Source: Octopus sinensis (Eukaryota). From it: a DNA stretch of 64,000 nucleotides. Positions within the stretch are counted from its first letter, which is position 1. Each line of letters begins with the position of its first letter. Under the pieces are notes generated by a model. That model did no database searches. It worked only from the letters and a program-made list of their open reading frames with translations, and had not been told where the DNA came from. This document shows positions 38,071 to 50,906 of the stretch, piece after piece. The position numbers were made by a program, and so were the translations under genes. The DNA lies in assembly GCF_006345805.1 (NCBI RefSeq), contig NC_043013.1, positions 35,526,001 through 35,590,000 of the forward strand, read 5' to 3'.

Positions 38071-38970
38071 TATTATTACATCCACCTTCGCTAAGGTGGA
38101 GGTATTGTTTTCAGTCGTGTTTTTTTCGTTTGTTTGTCTATGGACAAGATATCTCAAGAACCACCATGATGGATTTGGATGAAACTTTCAGGGATGTTTG
38201 GCCTTGTGACCGGCATGAACTGGTTAGATTTTGGGATTGATCCGGTACCGGGCAAGGATTTTGGATTATTTGTTATATTTACTTTATTTTACATGAAGTA
38301 TTACAATCTTACATTGACTTTCATGTCTTTCTCTCATTATCTCCCTTGAAAGCACAATCATAGTTTCCATGTATAAGTTATGGTGGTGTTGCTGTTTCCA
38401 AAGTTTTATTTTCATTTCTCTATTATTAATTTTACTCGCATCTCTATCTTAGTAGAAACTGATGAATAAAGAAATCAAACTACATAAACAAACGGCAACA
38501 AAATCATTCAGAAATTAAATAACACTAACATATTCAATTCATCCTCAACAATTTCTAGTTTTACCAATTTTGAATATGTCGCTCTGGTTTAAAACTTCTT
38601 ACCTACTTGACAATTGCATTTCTAGTTCTGCCTTGAAGGAAGGTTTACTTCTTGGACTCACGCTTTTGTGCTTAACAATGTTGTTAAACCTCCGTTAACA
38701 ACACTTTATGCAGGTTCTTTCCATTTTCTTTCCTGTACAGATAAACTTTTTACTGTAGACCTTAATTGTCGTAAAGGCTTTATATCAGTAGATAGACTAA
38801 AAAAGGCCTTCATATAGAAAACTGTCCCTGTTCCCACTGTGAACAACACACACACAGCAATACAAACACGGCCCACACACCTACCTTCACATTTCATAAC
38901 TGCCATTGGGATCGATCGGGTACGACTGAAAATAATACCTCCACCTTCACTAAGGTGGAAGTAATAATAA
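38071..38970. mobile_element. Segment bounded by ~48-bp inverted termini with internal palindromes
   Basis: 38071-38118 and 38922-38970 are reverse complements; each contains ccacctt-N4-aaggtgg. Confidence 0.55.
38644..38817 (+). pseudogene. Gypsy-type integrase C-terminal (GPY/F) relic
   Basis: THAFVLNNVVKPPLTTLYAGSF...DKLFTVDLNCRKGFISVDRLKKAF resembles the THVFV...PPL..PY.GP....DRLKPA motif. Confidence 0.75.
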
Positions 38971-39044
38971 ACAGTTATAGATAAAGAAATGCACAGTTGT
39001 TTACTTATCGACCCATCATGCCCGTTTGATTTCAGGGTCATAAA

Positions 39045-39400
39045 GAAAGAGGAAGAAAATGAAAGAAAATAAGATCCTTAAAATTTGAAGTTGGAAGAAT
39101 TTGAAGCATATTGACAGTAAAGGTCGTGGCTATAATAATTGGTGTGTTGGGAACAGTAAACAAAGATATAGACAAATGGCAGAAAGAGATTGAAAGAGAA
39201 TGCCCAGTAGAGCTCCCAGAGAAAGCTTGTCTCTTAGAGACAGCAACGATTATCAGGAGGGGCCTAAGTACTAGAAAGACAGTTGAAAACTTGTGGATAC
39301 TTACAGTTACAGGTAGTAACCCGCTATCCATATAATTCCTACCAGGAATAAGTCCAAACCTAAGCCAAATAAAAATAAAACTAACAACAACAACAATAGT
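39045..39400 (+). mobile_element. RLE-type LINE 3' end
   Basis: VKVVAIIIGVLGTVNKDIDKW...KACLLETATIIRR; (AAC/AAT)n tail. Confidence 0.85.
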
Positions 39401-39494
39401 AATAATAATAATAATAATAATAATGATGATGATGATGATGATGATGACAACAACAACAATAATAATAATTATCATCATCATCATCACTATTAAG

Positions 39495-39705
39495 GCAGTG
39501 AGGTGGTGGAATCGTTAGCATGCCAAGCAAAATGCTGAGTGGCATATCATCTGTCTCTACATTTAGAGTTCAAATAATGCTGACGTTGACTTTGTTTTTC
39601 ATCCTTTCAGGGTCAATAAAATAAGAACCAGCTGGGTAACTGGGGATGCTGTAATTGCCTTAGCCCCACTCCTTTGATATTGGTTGCTTCGTGCCAAAAT
39701 TTGAA
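39495..39705 (+). mobile_element. SINE family B
   Basis: Very similar to 30935-31150. Confidence 0.85.
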
Positions 39706-40722
39706 ACCACTGCTACTACTGCTGCTGCTACTACTACGACTACTACAATTTTTTTTTTTTACTATTATAAAGAGAAAATAAATGAAGCAGATTTGAAAAT
39801 ATGGTGGTCTGCAAGAAGAGAGTATAAGGTAAAGGAAGAAAATAAATGCTGATGAGCAATGTGCTGTTTTTCTCTCTCTATGTGCTATCTTCCTATCTCT
39901 TCCCATCATGCCTTTCGCTTTTTGATCTCTCTTTCGTTTGAAACGCAGGATGATTTCATCAGAAGAAAGCTGATTATTTTCCTTTCTCCAATCAAAAATC
40001 ATTGCTACCTTACCAGGATACAGTACCCCTCGTGGCGGCAGAGGTGGTGGTGTTTGGTAGAGCCAATAATGATGTTCTTGATTGCTGATATTCATGTGAG
40101 ATAAGGGTAGATATCGCAGTAATGGATAAAATTAAATTATATGAAGACTAGCAGACCAGAAGAGTAAACTAATATCCCAACATAGAGTGAATGGAGTTAA
40201 ATGTATTTATATATAAATATTTATTTTGGGAATGGAATGGAAATTTTTCTTTTAACTTTTGAATCAAAATTGAAATATTGAATTGAAATTTAATTGAGAA
40301 CTTTCGAATTGAAATTTAAATAAAGAATTAGTTTTAAGTTTTTTTTTCTTTTTAATGAATTCCAATATGGATTTGAATTTTAATTTTAATCTTAAAAGCA
40401 ATTTTTTTAGTGGTTATATATATATAATATATCTGAATTGTGTTCATCTTATCTATCTGAAACCTCAACCCCCATCTGAGCTACACACAGAGAAAAGAAA
40501 CTATCAAAGGAGATTATATGTGGCTTTTCAACCTGCTAGAAGTAGCAACCAGTTCTTCTACCAACTACGTTTTACTGGCTTAAAAAATTTAAACACATTA
40601 GATGATATAATCCTCGATTAAGAAAAAGAAAAGAATGCTGATGATGACTGGAGAATCAACAACAACAACAGCAACAGGCCTGTGTAGTCTCAGATTATGA
40701 TTAAATTACAAAGTGCTTCTAG

Positions 40723-40857
40723 TTCCTGAATGGTTCTTAACTGGTTTTTGTTGCATGGACTTGTTATCGCTTAATATTTTTGTTGAAACTTTGCTGTCTT
40801 CACAAGTTATTTTGGATAAGAAATATGTTAAAAGTGCACAAGTTATCATGTCATATG
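40723..40857 (+). CDS. Candidate exon (xPEWFLTGFCCMDLLSLNIFVETLLSSQVILDKKYVKSAQVIMSY)
   Basis: gtgcttctag acceptor, G/gtgaga donor, 135 nt, phase 1-1, open frame. Confidence 0.3.
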
Positions 40858-41859
40858 GTGAGAGAGCTCCATGTTAAGCTAGATACAAAATCAATTGAAT
40901 GAAAAACAAAAGGCAATTCATTCACAGATATAAGCACATACATAACTGGTTTCTTTCAGTTAATTGTTAGTGTTGTTGGTATTGTTGTTTAGCTCCAGAT
41001 CAGTATTAGTCAAGTAGACTTATAATGAAAGGACAGTTCTGCTACGACTATATCATTTTTTAGCCCAAAATAGTTTTAACTAAAACTAATAAAGTACAAT
41101 GTATTCTTTTATTAAATAGCAGAGTTTGATTTAAATGAGGTCTTGCTGCTGTTTCTAGCAAATTGAACAGCAGCTTATAAAGCTTCCTTGTGGAAATGTA
41201 GACAAATTGTATAAACGTGGTGTGAGCAAGATAATAAATATGTTAGGTGAGAAGCAAAGTGCTACTTTTGGTCAACAGAATCCATGTTCAGAAAGATAAA
41301 ACTTGAGAACTGGATCTAGATTAGTGTGGTTCTGATGAGGAATGAATGAACTTCCAATCCAATTGACTGAGGCGTATGGATAGGACAAAACAAAATTACA
41401 TAAGTTAAAGAGAACAAGAGAACCAATAAAAAGTGTAAAAGTAGAAGCCAAATATAACGTCAGACAATGCAATTTTTCAATATTGCTGTAACTGCCCAAA
41501 TGGCAAAACATTTTTTTCAGATTTCTCACTAAGCATTCCCCCTCACTCCACAAATATAGCAAAATTTTCTACAAGAAATACATTTAAAATTTCTTCTTCA
41601 GATACACTGACCCTTGCCAGAACACATTTTTCTATGAATATTTTCCAAAGAAAGAATTAGAAGCCAATTTAATTCCTAATGTGATTTCAGCAATCAAACA
41701 AACTACTCACTTGAGTTTAAATACTTAAAGAGATATATAATATATAAACATAAAATAAAAACCCACAATTAAGTAAAATATGCAAGAGACTTACTGCAAC
41801 CTCTTTCAAAATTTGCTACAACCAACATAGCTATACTTTTCATAACATACATTGAAGTA

Positions 41860-42450
41860 AAGAAATCGCATTATCATTTCACACGTGGACTCTGAAAAAG
41901 TAATTAGTAAGTAGCTTGCTTCAACCATGGCCTCCAGACAGCTTTGGAACCTCCTGCAACTCTTCTGAATGGTCTCCTTGTTTAAGTTGGTGAATGCTAC
42001 CATAATTCTTGTCTCCTGTTCATCTTTGGTGTTACAAGGAATTTTATTGGTCTCTCACTCAACTGCACCCCACACATAATAATCAAGGGGGTTGCAGCCT
42101 GGGGAGTTAGGTGGCCAGATGTTAGGGGTTATGTGGTTACAGAAATTGTCTGACAGCCATGATTGGGCTTTCCCGCTTGCGTGGCCTGTCCTGTTACAGT
42201 GTCCTGTTGCCAAACATAGGATCTTCCATCCAACAGTTACCCTTTTGAGCCAGGGCAACAGTACTTCCTCCAGGTAGTTGATGTAGGCCTCCGTACTGAG
42301 TCTGACGCTGTGTGGGAAGATGAATGGAGGCATAACATCACCTTTACTAGTGATTACTATCAACACCATGATGTTGACTGGATGTTTGATTTTAATCACT
42401 CTCAGTACATGTTTTGGGGACACAGCAAGCCAACGGTTGTTCTATGTGTT
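41860..42450 (-). mobile_element. Tc1/mariner-superfamily (maT/DD37D-like) transposase relic
   Basis: GDVMPPFIF...WQQD...WPPNSPGCNPLDYYVWGAVE...CRRFQSCLEAMVEA, with frameshifts. Confidence 0.9.
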
Positions 42451-42479
42451 CACCATCTGTTCATATTGGAGCTTTCAGT

Positions 42480-43060
42480 GTGAATGCCAAGCAGTACTCT
42501 CACTGTATTTTCATCTCTCTCCCTTTTTATAAACATACACTCTCTCTAACAGATGCTCTGTCTCAGTCTCTCTCCTTTTTCTCTACTTTCTCAAATGCAT
42601 TACTCACTCTCTTTCTTTCTTTCTTTCTTTCTCTCTCTCTATTTTTATCTGTCTCCCTTTGTTAAATATAAACTCTCTCCTACAGATGCTCTGCCTCACT
42701 CTCTCTTTTCTTTCCCCTTTCTTTCTCAAATGCATTACTCACTCTCTTTTTTTCTCTCTCTCTCTGTATTTTCATCTGTCACCCTTTTGATAAGCATACA
42801 CTCTCTCTTACAAATGCTCTGTCTCTCTCTCTCACCTTTCTCTCTCAGATGCATTACTCACTCTCTCTTTCTTGCTACTCTCTCTCTCTCTCTCCTTTCT
42901 CTCTTGAATGCATTACTATATCACAATTTCTCCCCCTCTCTCCCTGTCTCCATCTCTCCCTCTCGGCTACCTTATTCTAAGCCTATTTCTCTCTCAACCT
43001 TCTTTTCACTTTAGCATTCTTCTTTTCTTTCCCTTCTTTTTTTCTGTATCTTTTTCTCAG
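42480..43060. repeat. CT-rich minisatellite-like tract
   Basis: Recurrent tgcattactcactctct and gatgctctg units. Confidence 0.8.
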
Positions 43061-43409
43061 ATACATATTCCCCTCATTTTCTGTGGGGCGAATTTGATAT
43101 TCCCACACACACACACGTACATACACACACACATGCATGCACATGCATGCACACACGCACACATATACAAACACACACGTTGGTACATAAATACATACAT
43201 ATATAATCAAATAAATAACTAAAGATACATACTTATATACATATACATATCTATGCATACACATATACATACACACACACAATACACATGTACAAACACA
43301 CACATACACACACGTATGCATATATGTACACATATAAATAAAAAATTTATTTGTGTGTACCAATTATGTGTTTGAATGAGTAACATCTGTATGCATATGT
43401 GTGTGTGTA

Positions 43410-43480
<71 letters not shown>

Positions 43481-43749
43481 TCATTCTGCTTAAATATTAA
43501 ATGATAAGCTAATGGAATGCAAATTTCCAGATATCTAAACTGCAAACCAGGACAAATCTTTCACAGATATTTTGACTGTGAACATAAATAAAATGGTTTT
43601 TATTTCCTGGTTATCTGCTCTTTTGAAAAGAATTAATTTGATTCGGTCAAGCTTGACCATAAACGCGAGAAAGGTCCCCTCTCTTAAAAGTAACCTACAA
43701 GGTTGTGATAGAGGGTGGGGGTGGAATAGAATGTACGTCGGGGGTGGGT

Positions 43750-44030
43750 GGGATGATGCTGGTTGATGGTGGTAGTGGTTGATGGTGGTGGTAATGGCAA
43801 CGATGGCGTGGTGGTGGTGGTGATGGTGGTAGTGGTAGTGGTGGTTGTGGTGATGGGGGTTGTGGTGAAGGTGGTTGTTAGTGGTGGTGGTGGTGGTAAT
43901 GATGGTGGTGGTGGTTGTGGTGATGCTGGTGGTGATGGTGGTAGTGGTGTTGGTGTTGGTGTTGGTGGTGGTGGCGGTGGTGGCGGTGATGGCGGTGAGG
44001 ATGGTGGTGGTGATGGTGTTAGAAGTAGCA
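43750..44030. repeat. (GGT/GAT)n microsatellite
   Basis: Direct reading. Confidence 0.9.
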
Positions 44031-44389
44031 GAGTTAGAAGTGTTAGAAGTAGCAGAGCTATTGGTTGTGATGGTATTAGTATTGGAGCCTGGTGCTGCCA
44101 TCTGGTTCACCAGCCCTCAGTCAAATCGTCCAACCCATGCTAGCATGGAAAGCAGACGTTAAACGACGATGATGATGATGATGATGATGAATGCCTTGTG
44201 GCTCTTTTACAGTCTGAGTTCAGTTCCTGCTAAGACTATTTTTACCTTTCATATATATTGAAGATCGTTAAGTAATCAGCTACAACCCCAAGTCCCATAA
44301 ATTTGAGGCATTATCTCAATGTTTGAAACAAGTACTGTGTGTTGTATTGCCCTTTTTTTCTAAGACATGACTTTCTAAATGAACAATAC

Positions 44390-44865
44390 AAACAGAAAGA
44401 AAAATTGACTCCAAATCGACCAGACATTGTGATCAAGGACTACAACGGAAGAACTTGTCTGTTAATAGATATGTCTGTCCCACAAGATCAAAATGTCTCA
44501 AGAAAAGAATGCCAAAAGCTTTCTCACTATAAAGATCTGCAAATTGAAATCACAAGAATGTGGAAGCTTAGTACGGGGATAATACCAGGAGTAATTGGTG
44601 CGTTGGGAACGATAAAGAAGGAAGTTGAGAAGTATATTAAGCATCCCCTGTTAATCCCAATCTCTGTGAACTACAAAAGATAACCTTTATGGGTCCAGCC
44701 CATATACTAGGGAAAGCACTCTCCATCTAAAGCGGAATAAATGTAATGATAATTTTAGCATGCATAGCAAAACAAAAGTGCCCCTGCTAATCTTGGCCTC
44801 CGGGAGATGCCCGGTACTAAGGCAGCTGAAATAAGGTTATAATGAAAAGAAACCATTAATAATAA
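44390..44865 (+). mobile_element. RLE-type LINE 3' end
   Basis: NRPDIVIKD...LIDMSVP...K...YKDL..EI.RMW...GVIGALG; PD..D RLE core; (AAT)n tail. Confidence 0.9.
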
Positions 44866-44899
44866 TAACAACAACGATGATGATGATGATGATGATGAC

Positions 44900-44934
<35 letters not shown>

Positions 44935-45371
44935 CGACGATGATGACGATGATGATGATGTTGATGATGATGATGATGATGATGATAACAAGAGCACTCA
45001 GAGAGCACAAACCTCCTCCAAGGCAGCAACAATGTCCTCTCAGCAATTAGACAGTGATGATTTTTAAAAGGAGAATATCTGAAATAAACTCGACTGTTCT
45101 CACAAATGAGAATACTAAAAATGAACCTGACTGTTCTCAAAAATTAAGTAAAAGAAAAACAGGAACCATAATCCAGAATCCTTGTCCAATATTGGATTGA
45201 TCCCAAAATCTAATCAGTTTGTGCCAGTCATGAGTCCAAATGTCCCTGAAAGTTTCATCCAATTCCATCCATTGGTTCTTGAGATATCTTGTCCACGGAC
45301 AAACAACAAACAAATAAACTAACAAACACAACTGAAAACAATACCTCCACTTTTGCTAAGGCGGAAGTAAT

Positions 45372-45915
45372 AAGACCTACCAAAAACAGAGCAAGTATTA
45401 AGATCTTGAAAGAGAAACTAGCAAAATGTGGAACCTCAAGACAAAAACAGTACCCGTTGTCATAGGTGCCCCAGGAATGATAGCAAAAAGGGACGATTTC
45501 TACTAAGATCAGATACTAGGAAATCCCAAAATTGGCAGAAATTCAAAAAATAGTGCTCGTGCAAACAGTTTGTTTCCTATGTAAAATATTGTCTAAGTAA
45601 TCCCCAAAACAATTTAATCTGTAAATGGTGTTAAAATACTTTTAAACGTACATAATAGCAAACACATTCAACTGTCAGCTTAGCATCACATTATCATCTT
45701 ATATTCCAATTACTCTTAAAACGAACTTTTAATTTACTTGTTTTGACAGACATTCTCTAGAACGATACTCCGTGCAAGACCAAATAAATGGTATCCTAGT
45801 CATAGCACCAACTTCAACGTCTAACTTGTTATCTCTTTTAGGCTCTAGGTGAGACTCAGAATCAACCTGTACAAACACAAAGCAAAAGCCAAACATACAA
45901 TAATAATTAATAATA
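45372..45915 (+). mobile_element. RLE-type LINE 3' end, degenerate
   Basis: KMWNLKTKTVPVVIGAPG...; ends in (AAT)n. Confidence 0.75.
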
Positions 45916-45946
45916 ATTATTATGAATAATGATAATAATAATAATA

Positions 45947-46425
45947 TTTGTCTTGGTATAAAAGATGGGCTACAGCAAATATTCTGCTCAATACCACAGA
46001 TTTGCTTGTCAGTTGTTTGACCTTAACCAGTTGAGCATGTCCCTTAGTGGCTGACGATATGTGCATCTCTAATCACGAGCAGAAGTAGTGGGGGAGCATC
46101 ATAGCCATGTGTTGAGAGGGATTCTTTGGGGTTTGAATAGTTCACCTCTGGAAACATGGGTGGTTCTTTCAACATCCTTAAACAACCCTTATTCAGGGAC
46201 CGTTTGAGTGGGATGGGCTACTCAACCTGAAGAAAATTCTAACTGGACCCCACCTGCAAGGTCATGTGCTGTTTATCTTGATATGAGATCACCATGTCGC
46301 GCACATATGGTTGTGATGCATGTGCCTGGTGTACTTTAATCAGACGGGTAGTCATGATGGGTATATTGGGCTTCGTATATTTTACCCCAGTGTCACTTTA
46401 ATGGCATGAACTGCTCTCACTCAAT
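45947..46425 (+). mobile_element. Family E, full copy with (AAT)n tail
   Basis: (AAT)n on both sides. Confidence 0.9.
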
Positions 46426-46426
46426 G

Positions 46427-46465
<39 letters not shown>

Positions 46466-46469
<4 letters not shown>

Positions 46470-47010
46470 TAATATTACGCCCACAAAGCATTGTCGAAAA
46501 TAGAAATTGGTACAACCACAAACCTGAGGGCATCATTGAAAATAGAAATGCAAAGATCCTATGGGATTTTGTGATTCAGTGTGACTATGAGATAGAGAAT
46601 AGGAAGCCAGACATAGTCCTAATTGAGAAAGAAAACAAACTATGCTGGATCGTAGATATAGTACACCCAGCTGACAACAAGGTATCTGATAAGGAAGAAA
46701 GAAAAGTCAAGAGATATGACAGGTTAGCTTAGGAAGTTAAACAGTTGTGGTCGATGGAAAAAGGTAGCAGTAGTACCAATAATTGTCGGAGCCCTGGGAA
46801 CAGTGAGCAAAAATCTCGAGAAGTACGTGGAACAAATAGGGGCTGCAATAAGGGTGGAGCACTTGCAGAAAACAGCACTGCTTGGAACCGCTTGAATACT
46901 CCGGAGGGTGCTCAAATAAGAGGTGTTTCCTGAGTTCATTGGTAGTGAACAGCTGACACCGTAGTACATCTCCAGTGTTAGAAGCTGTGCAAAGGCAATA
47001 AGATGATAAT
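46466..47010 (+). mobile_element. RLE-type LINE 3' end
   Basis: KILWDFVIQCD...RKPDIVLIEK...IVDIVHP...VPIIVGALGTV...LQKTALLGTA; (AAT)n at both ends. Confidence 0.92.
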
Positions 47011-47019
47011 AATAATAAA

Positions 47020-48062
47020 AATTATTTCTTTTATTTGCCATTTGGGCAAAAGATGAGAAGCACAATACAGTGACAGACATAAAGTGTGGGGGTTTACATA
47101 TAATAATGAAATGATAAATTAAAAAAAGTATACACTGGGAAAGAGGGGACATATGCATAGCATAGAGAAGTACAAAAGAAAAAGGTGGGGGAGAATGATA
47201 GCGATGTGGCCCTCCTGATACAGGAAGGCCTCTAGGGATAATAGAAGAACTCCACCATCTGAGATTTCCCTGATACCCCATGAGCAAGTGCCCTCTCCAA
47301 ATCCTTCTCTCCAGCTTATAGGCTACACTTAAGAGAGGTACCATCCACTCTTGCCATTTTCACAACTTTCAGCCATCTTTCGATAAATTCACTGAAGGAC
47401 AGCACTTCCCTCCTTACTCCATTTTCCTTTACAAGTGAGACTTGAAAAAATCAACGAGAACTCTACCAAAATGGAAAGTATCTGCCCTCATGTTTTTCAG
47501 CCTTGTCTACCAAACAACCTCTTTTGCCACAGCGACCAGGCAAAGGAAAACTGCCTTGCCTGCCTGATTGAAGGAGGGCAGCGATGCAATCATCACTACA
47601 GGCTCAACCAACAGACAGATTCATCCCACATGTGACAGTAGCTGTTGAACATTACCCCACAAGTCAGCAAAACCCAGACACTGAACGAGGGCATGCAGAA
47701 TGGTTTTGTCACTCTGCATGCACCTCGGACAAGTCTGTGTGACAGTGGATCCATGCCTGTAGAGCTTGTCTCAAACCAGTAGCACCCTCGCAGTAACACT
47801 GTCAAGCCAAGGACATCTGGAAATTAGCCATGATAGTTCCCAACCGGAAAGTCCTCTGGAACAGACTAGCCAGTCCATTCTCATCAGCACCTGTAATAAT
47901 AATAGGAAGAGATGGTCGTATTATTATGGCCTCTATTCTTGGACCTGTCCAGTATGAGATGTTTTACCAGGGGCTTGAACACTGCTGGCAAACAATCCAC
48001 TTCCCCCCAACAAGGAATGAACTTGTTCCATTGCTCTTCCAAAAATCCACATACTGTTAACT
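47020..48062 (-). mobile_element. L1/Tx1-clade LINE 3' end
   Basis: Minus strand TCPRCMQSDKTILHALVQC (zf-RVT-like), FLCLVAVAKEVVW; AATAAA then (TAT)n tail. Confidence 0.8.
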
Positions 48063-48509
48063 GCATTATTGCTTCATCTTAACAAAAAACAGGAAAATCC
48101 TCATATGTGCATATTACAAGCCACAGCAGCCATTTAGACTCAGGAGAAATAGCTGGAATTACAAAGTACATGTCCTCAGCAACCATATCATATTCTGCTT
48201 TTAAACCTCCAGTTTTATATTTCAGGAGGAAATAAATTCATTTCCATCTAGATTAGCTTTTGAGAATTAGATGTCTTTTTTGATAAGTGTTAGGCTATTT
48301 CACATTACATTTTATTGTCACCCACTCGTCCTGCAAAATGACTTCATCTCAAGTGGTCTCTGAACTTGGAACTGAAAGGAGATGTGTGAATTAAGGATAT
48401 TGCTAATCATTTAATCCCACTACACTGCATTATCCAGGCTACTTCTATCGGCTTCCATCTAGAAATGATAAATGTTGGCGATGAAAATGATTACACCTAA
48501 TGAAGAGAT

Positions 48510-48577
48510 GGTGATGACGATGATGATGATGATGTTGATGAGAAATGATGATGATGATGACAAATGATGATGATGAC

Positions 48578-48609
<32 letters not shown>

Positions 48610-48749
48610 CAATAATGATGATGATGATGATGACGACAACGATGACGACAACAATGATGATGAAGATGATGATGAAGATGATGATGACAATGATGATAAT
48701 TACAATGATGATGATGATGATGATGACGACGATGATGATGATGACAAAT

Positions 48750-48780
<31 letters not shown>

Positions 48781-48891
48781 CAATGATGATAATGATGACA
48801 ATGCTGACAATGATGATGATGATGATAACAATGATGACGACAACAAATGATGACAATGAAGATGACGACGACGACGATGATGATGACAATA

Positions 48892-48937
<46 letters not shown>

Positions 48938-49050
48938 CGACGACAGTGTCGACAACGAAGATGATGAAGATGACAATGATGGCAATGACGAAGATGACGA
49001 CATTGTGGATGATGATGATGATGACGATGATGGTGGTGGTGGTGGTGTTG
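48510..49050. repeat. (GAT/GAC/AAT)n compound microsatellite
   Basis: Direct reading; gives poly-Asp, poly-Met and poly-His ORFs. Confidence 0.95.
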
Positions 49051-49834
49051 GTGATTGGCGATAGGGATGGTGGATACCAATAGTGGTGATACCAATAGTG
49101 ATAATGATGATAACAACGTTGAAGAGGAGTGGGAGGAGAAATAACGAAAACAATGATAACATCAACAACAAAAGCAAAGCTAGTCAGTCGCCTCCCAAAA
49201 CACAGCTACAGGAGCATACGAATACATAATGCATACACATACACACCTAATAATGAACACACTCACACATTCATACACACACACCTACACACCTTAATTG
49301 AATGGTGTTTTGCATCAGTATGCAAAATATTGATCATTCTCTACTAGTTTTGTACTAATGAGGACGCCTCTGTGCTCACACATACTCACACACACAAACA
49401 GAAACACAGGCGCAAACACATATGGCAGGCACACGCAAACACAGGAACACATACATATATACATACATACACATGCATATACATAGATGTAAGTACACAT
49501 GTGCATGTGTGTGTGTGTCTGTGTATATCTGTATATGTCTATGTGTGTGTGTATATATATATATATATATAATTACACACACACACATATATATATATAC
49601 ATATATTTGTATATATATATATGTACATATATTTATATATATATATATACATGCATGTATCTATGCCTATATATATGTATGCATATACAAACACAAGTAT
49701 ATATATATATACATACATAAATATATATATATATATATATACATACACACATATATATATACACACATATATATGCATATATATATACACACATAGATAA
49801 ATACATAAATATATATATACACACACACACACAC

Positions 49835-49875
<41 letters not shown>

Positions 49876-50218
49876 CATACATATACAGATTGAGACACAT
49901 AAAACTAGATACCTAATTCCGCTTTATTGGTGTGTGATTCTTTTAGTTGAAACGGTTGGAATTAAGAGTTTTCACAGAAGTTTATTAAATTATTGTACAG
50001 CCAGATGTTGAAGTGTTGTTTCCATGACATTTTGAATAGTTTTCTTGTCATTTTTCAGATTTTTACTCTTAATGTTATTTCGAAATGAAAAATCAATTGT
50101 TACAAAATTAATCTGTTTTGTGGATTTTTAATCTTCCCTTAATCTCATCGCTATCTGCTTTTAGTATTCTTCATAATTTTCCTTTTTATTTTGTGTAATA
50201 TGTATATGTGTGTGTATA

Positions 50219-50258
<40 letters not shown>

Positions 50259-50875
50259 TATATATATTTATGTGTGTGTGTATTACGTTTTGTATTTTTA
50301 TCATGTTTGTTTTATCATTCGTTCATTTATATTTTTGTTTGTTTGTTTACCTAATTTTGGTTTTTGTCTTTATTTTTTAATTCTAATTTGCATCTTATTT
50401 CACTTTCTCTCTCTCTCTCTATTCGTTAGTTGGTTTTTGTTTTATTTGTATATTTTTCTGTCAGTTTATTTATTTTAATTATGTGTAGACACACACACAT
50501 ATAACCACACAAACATATACACATATACACACACACACACACACATATATATATACATACATACATATATATATATATATGCACATTTAATGTGTGTGTA
50601 TACATATATTATAAAATGTCTCTCCATCTTTGTATATATATATGTGTGTTTGTGTGTGCATTTGTAAATTTTAAATATTTTTGAATAATTCTTTTTTATT
50701 ATATTATATTTAGATATTGTATGTTTTTTTTTTCTAAACTTTTCTCTTCTCTTACCGAAATTCTTTGACGAAATAAATCTGATCTAATCCTATGTTAATT
50801 CCCATGTTTAGTGCCAGCGATACTTAGAAAAGGTCTGATTGATGACATTGAAGTTTTCCATACTGGTGTTGTTGC

Positions 50876-50906
<31 letters not shown>

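Noticed and set aside
41332-41360. CTGATGA with ggaa/ttcc stem as a hammerhead
   Set aside because: No GAAA or UH after stem II
46051-46090. Hammerhead in family E (CTGACGA)
   Set aside because: Followed by GAAG rather than GAAA, and I could not build stems I-III
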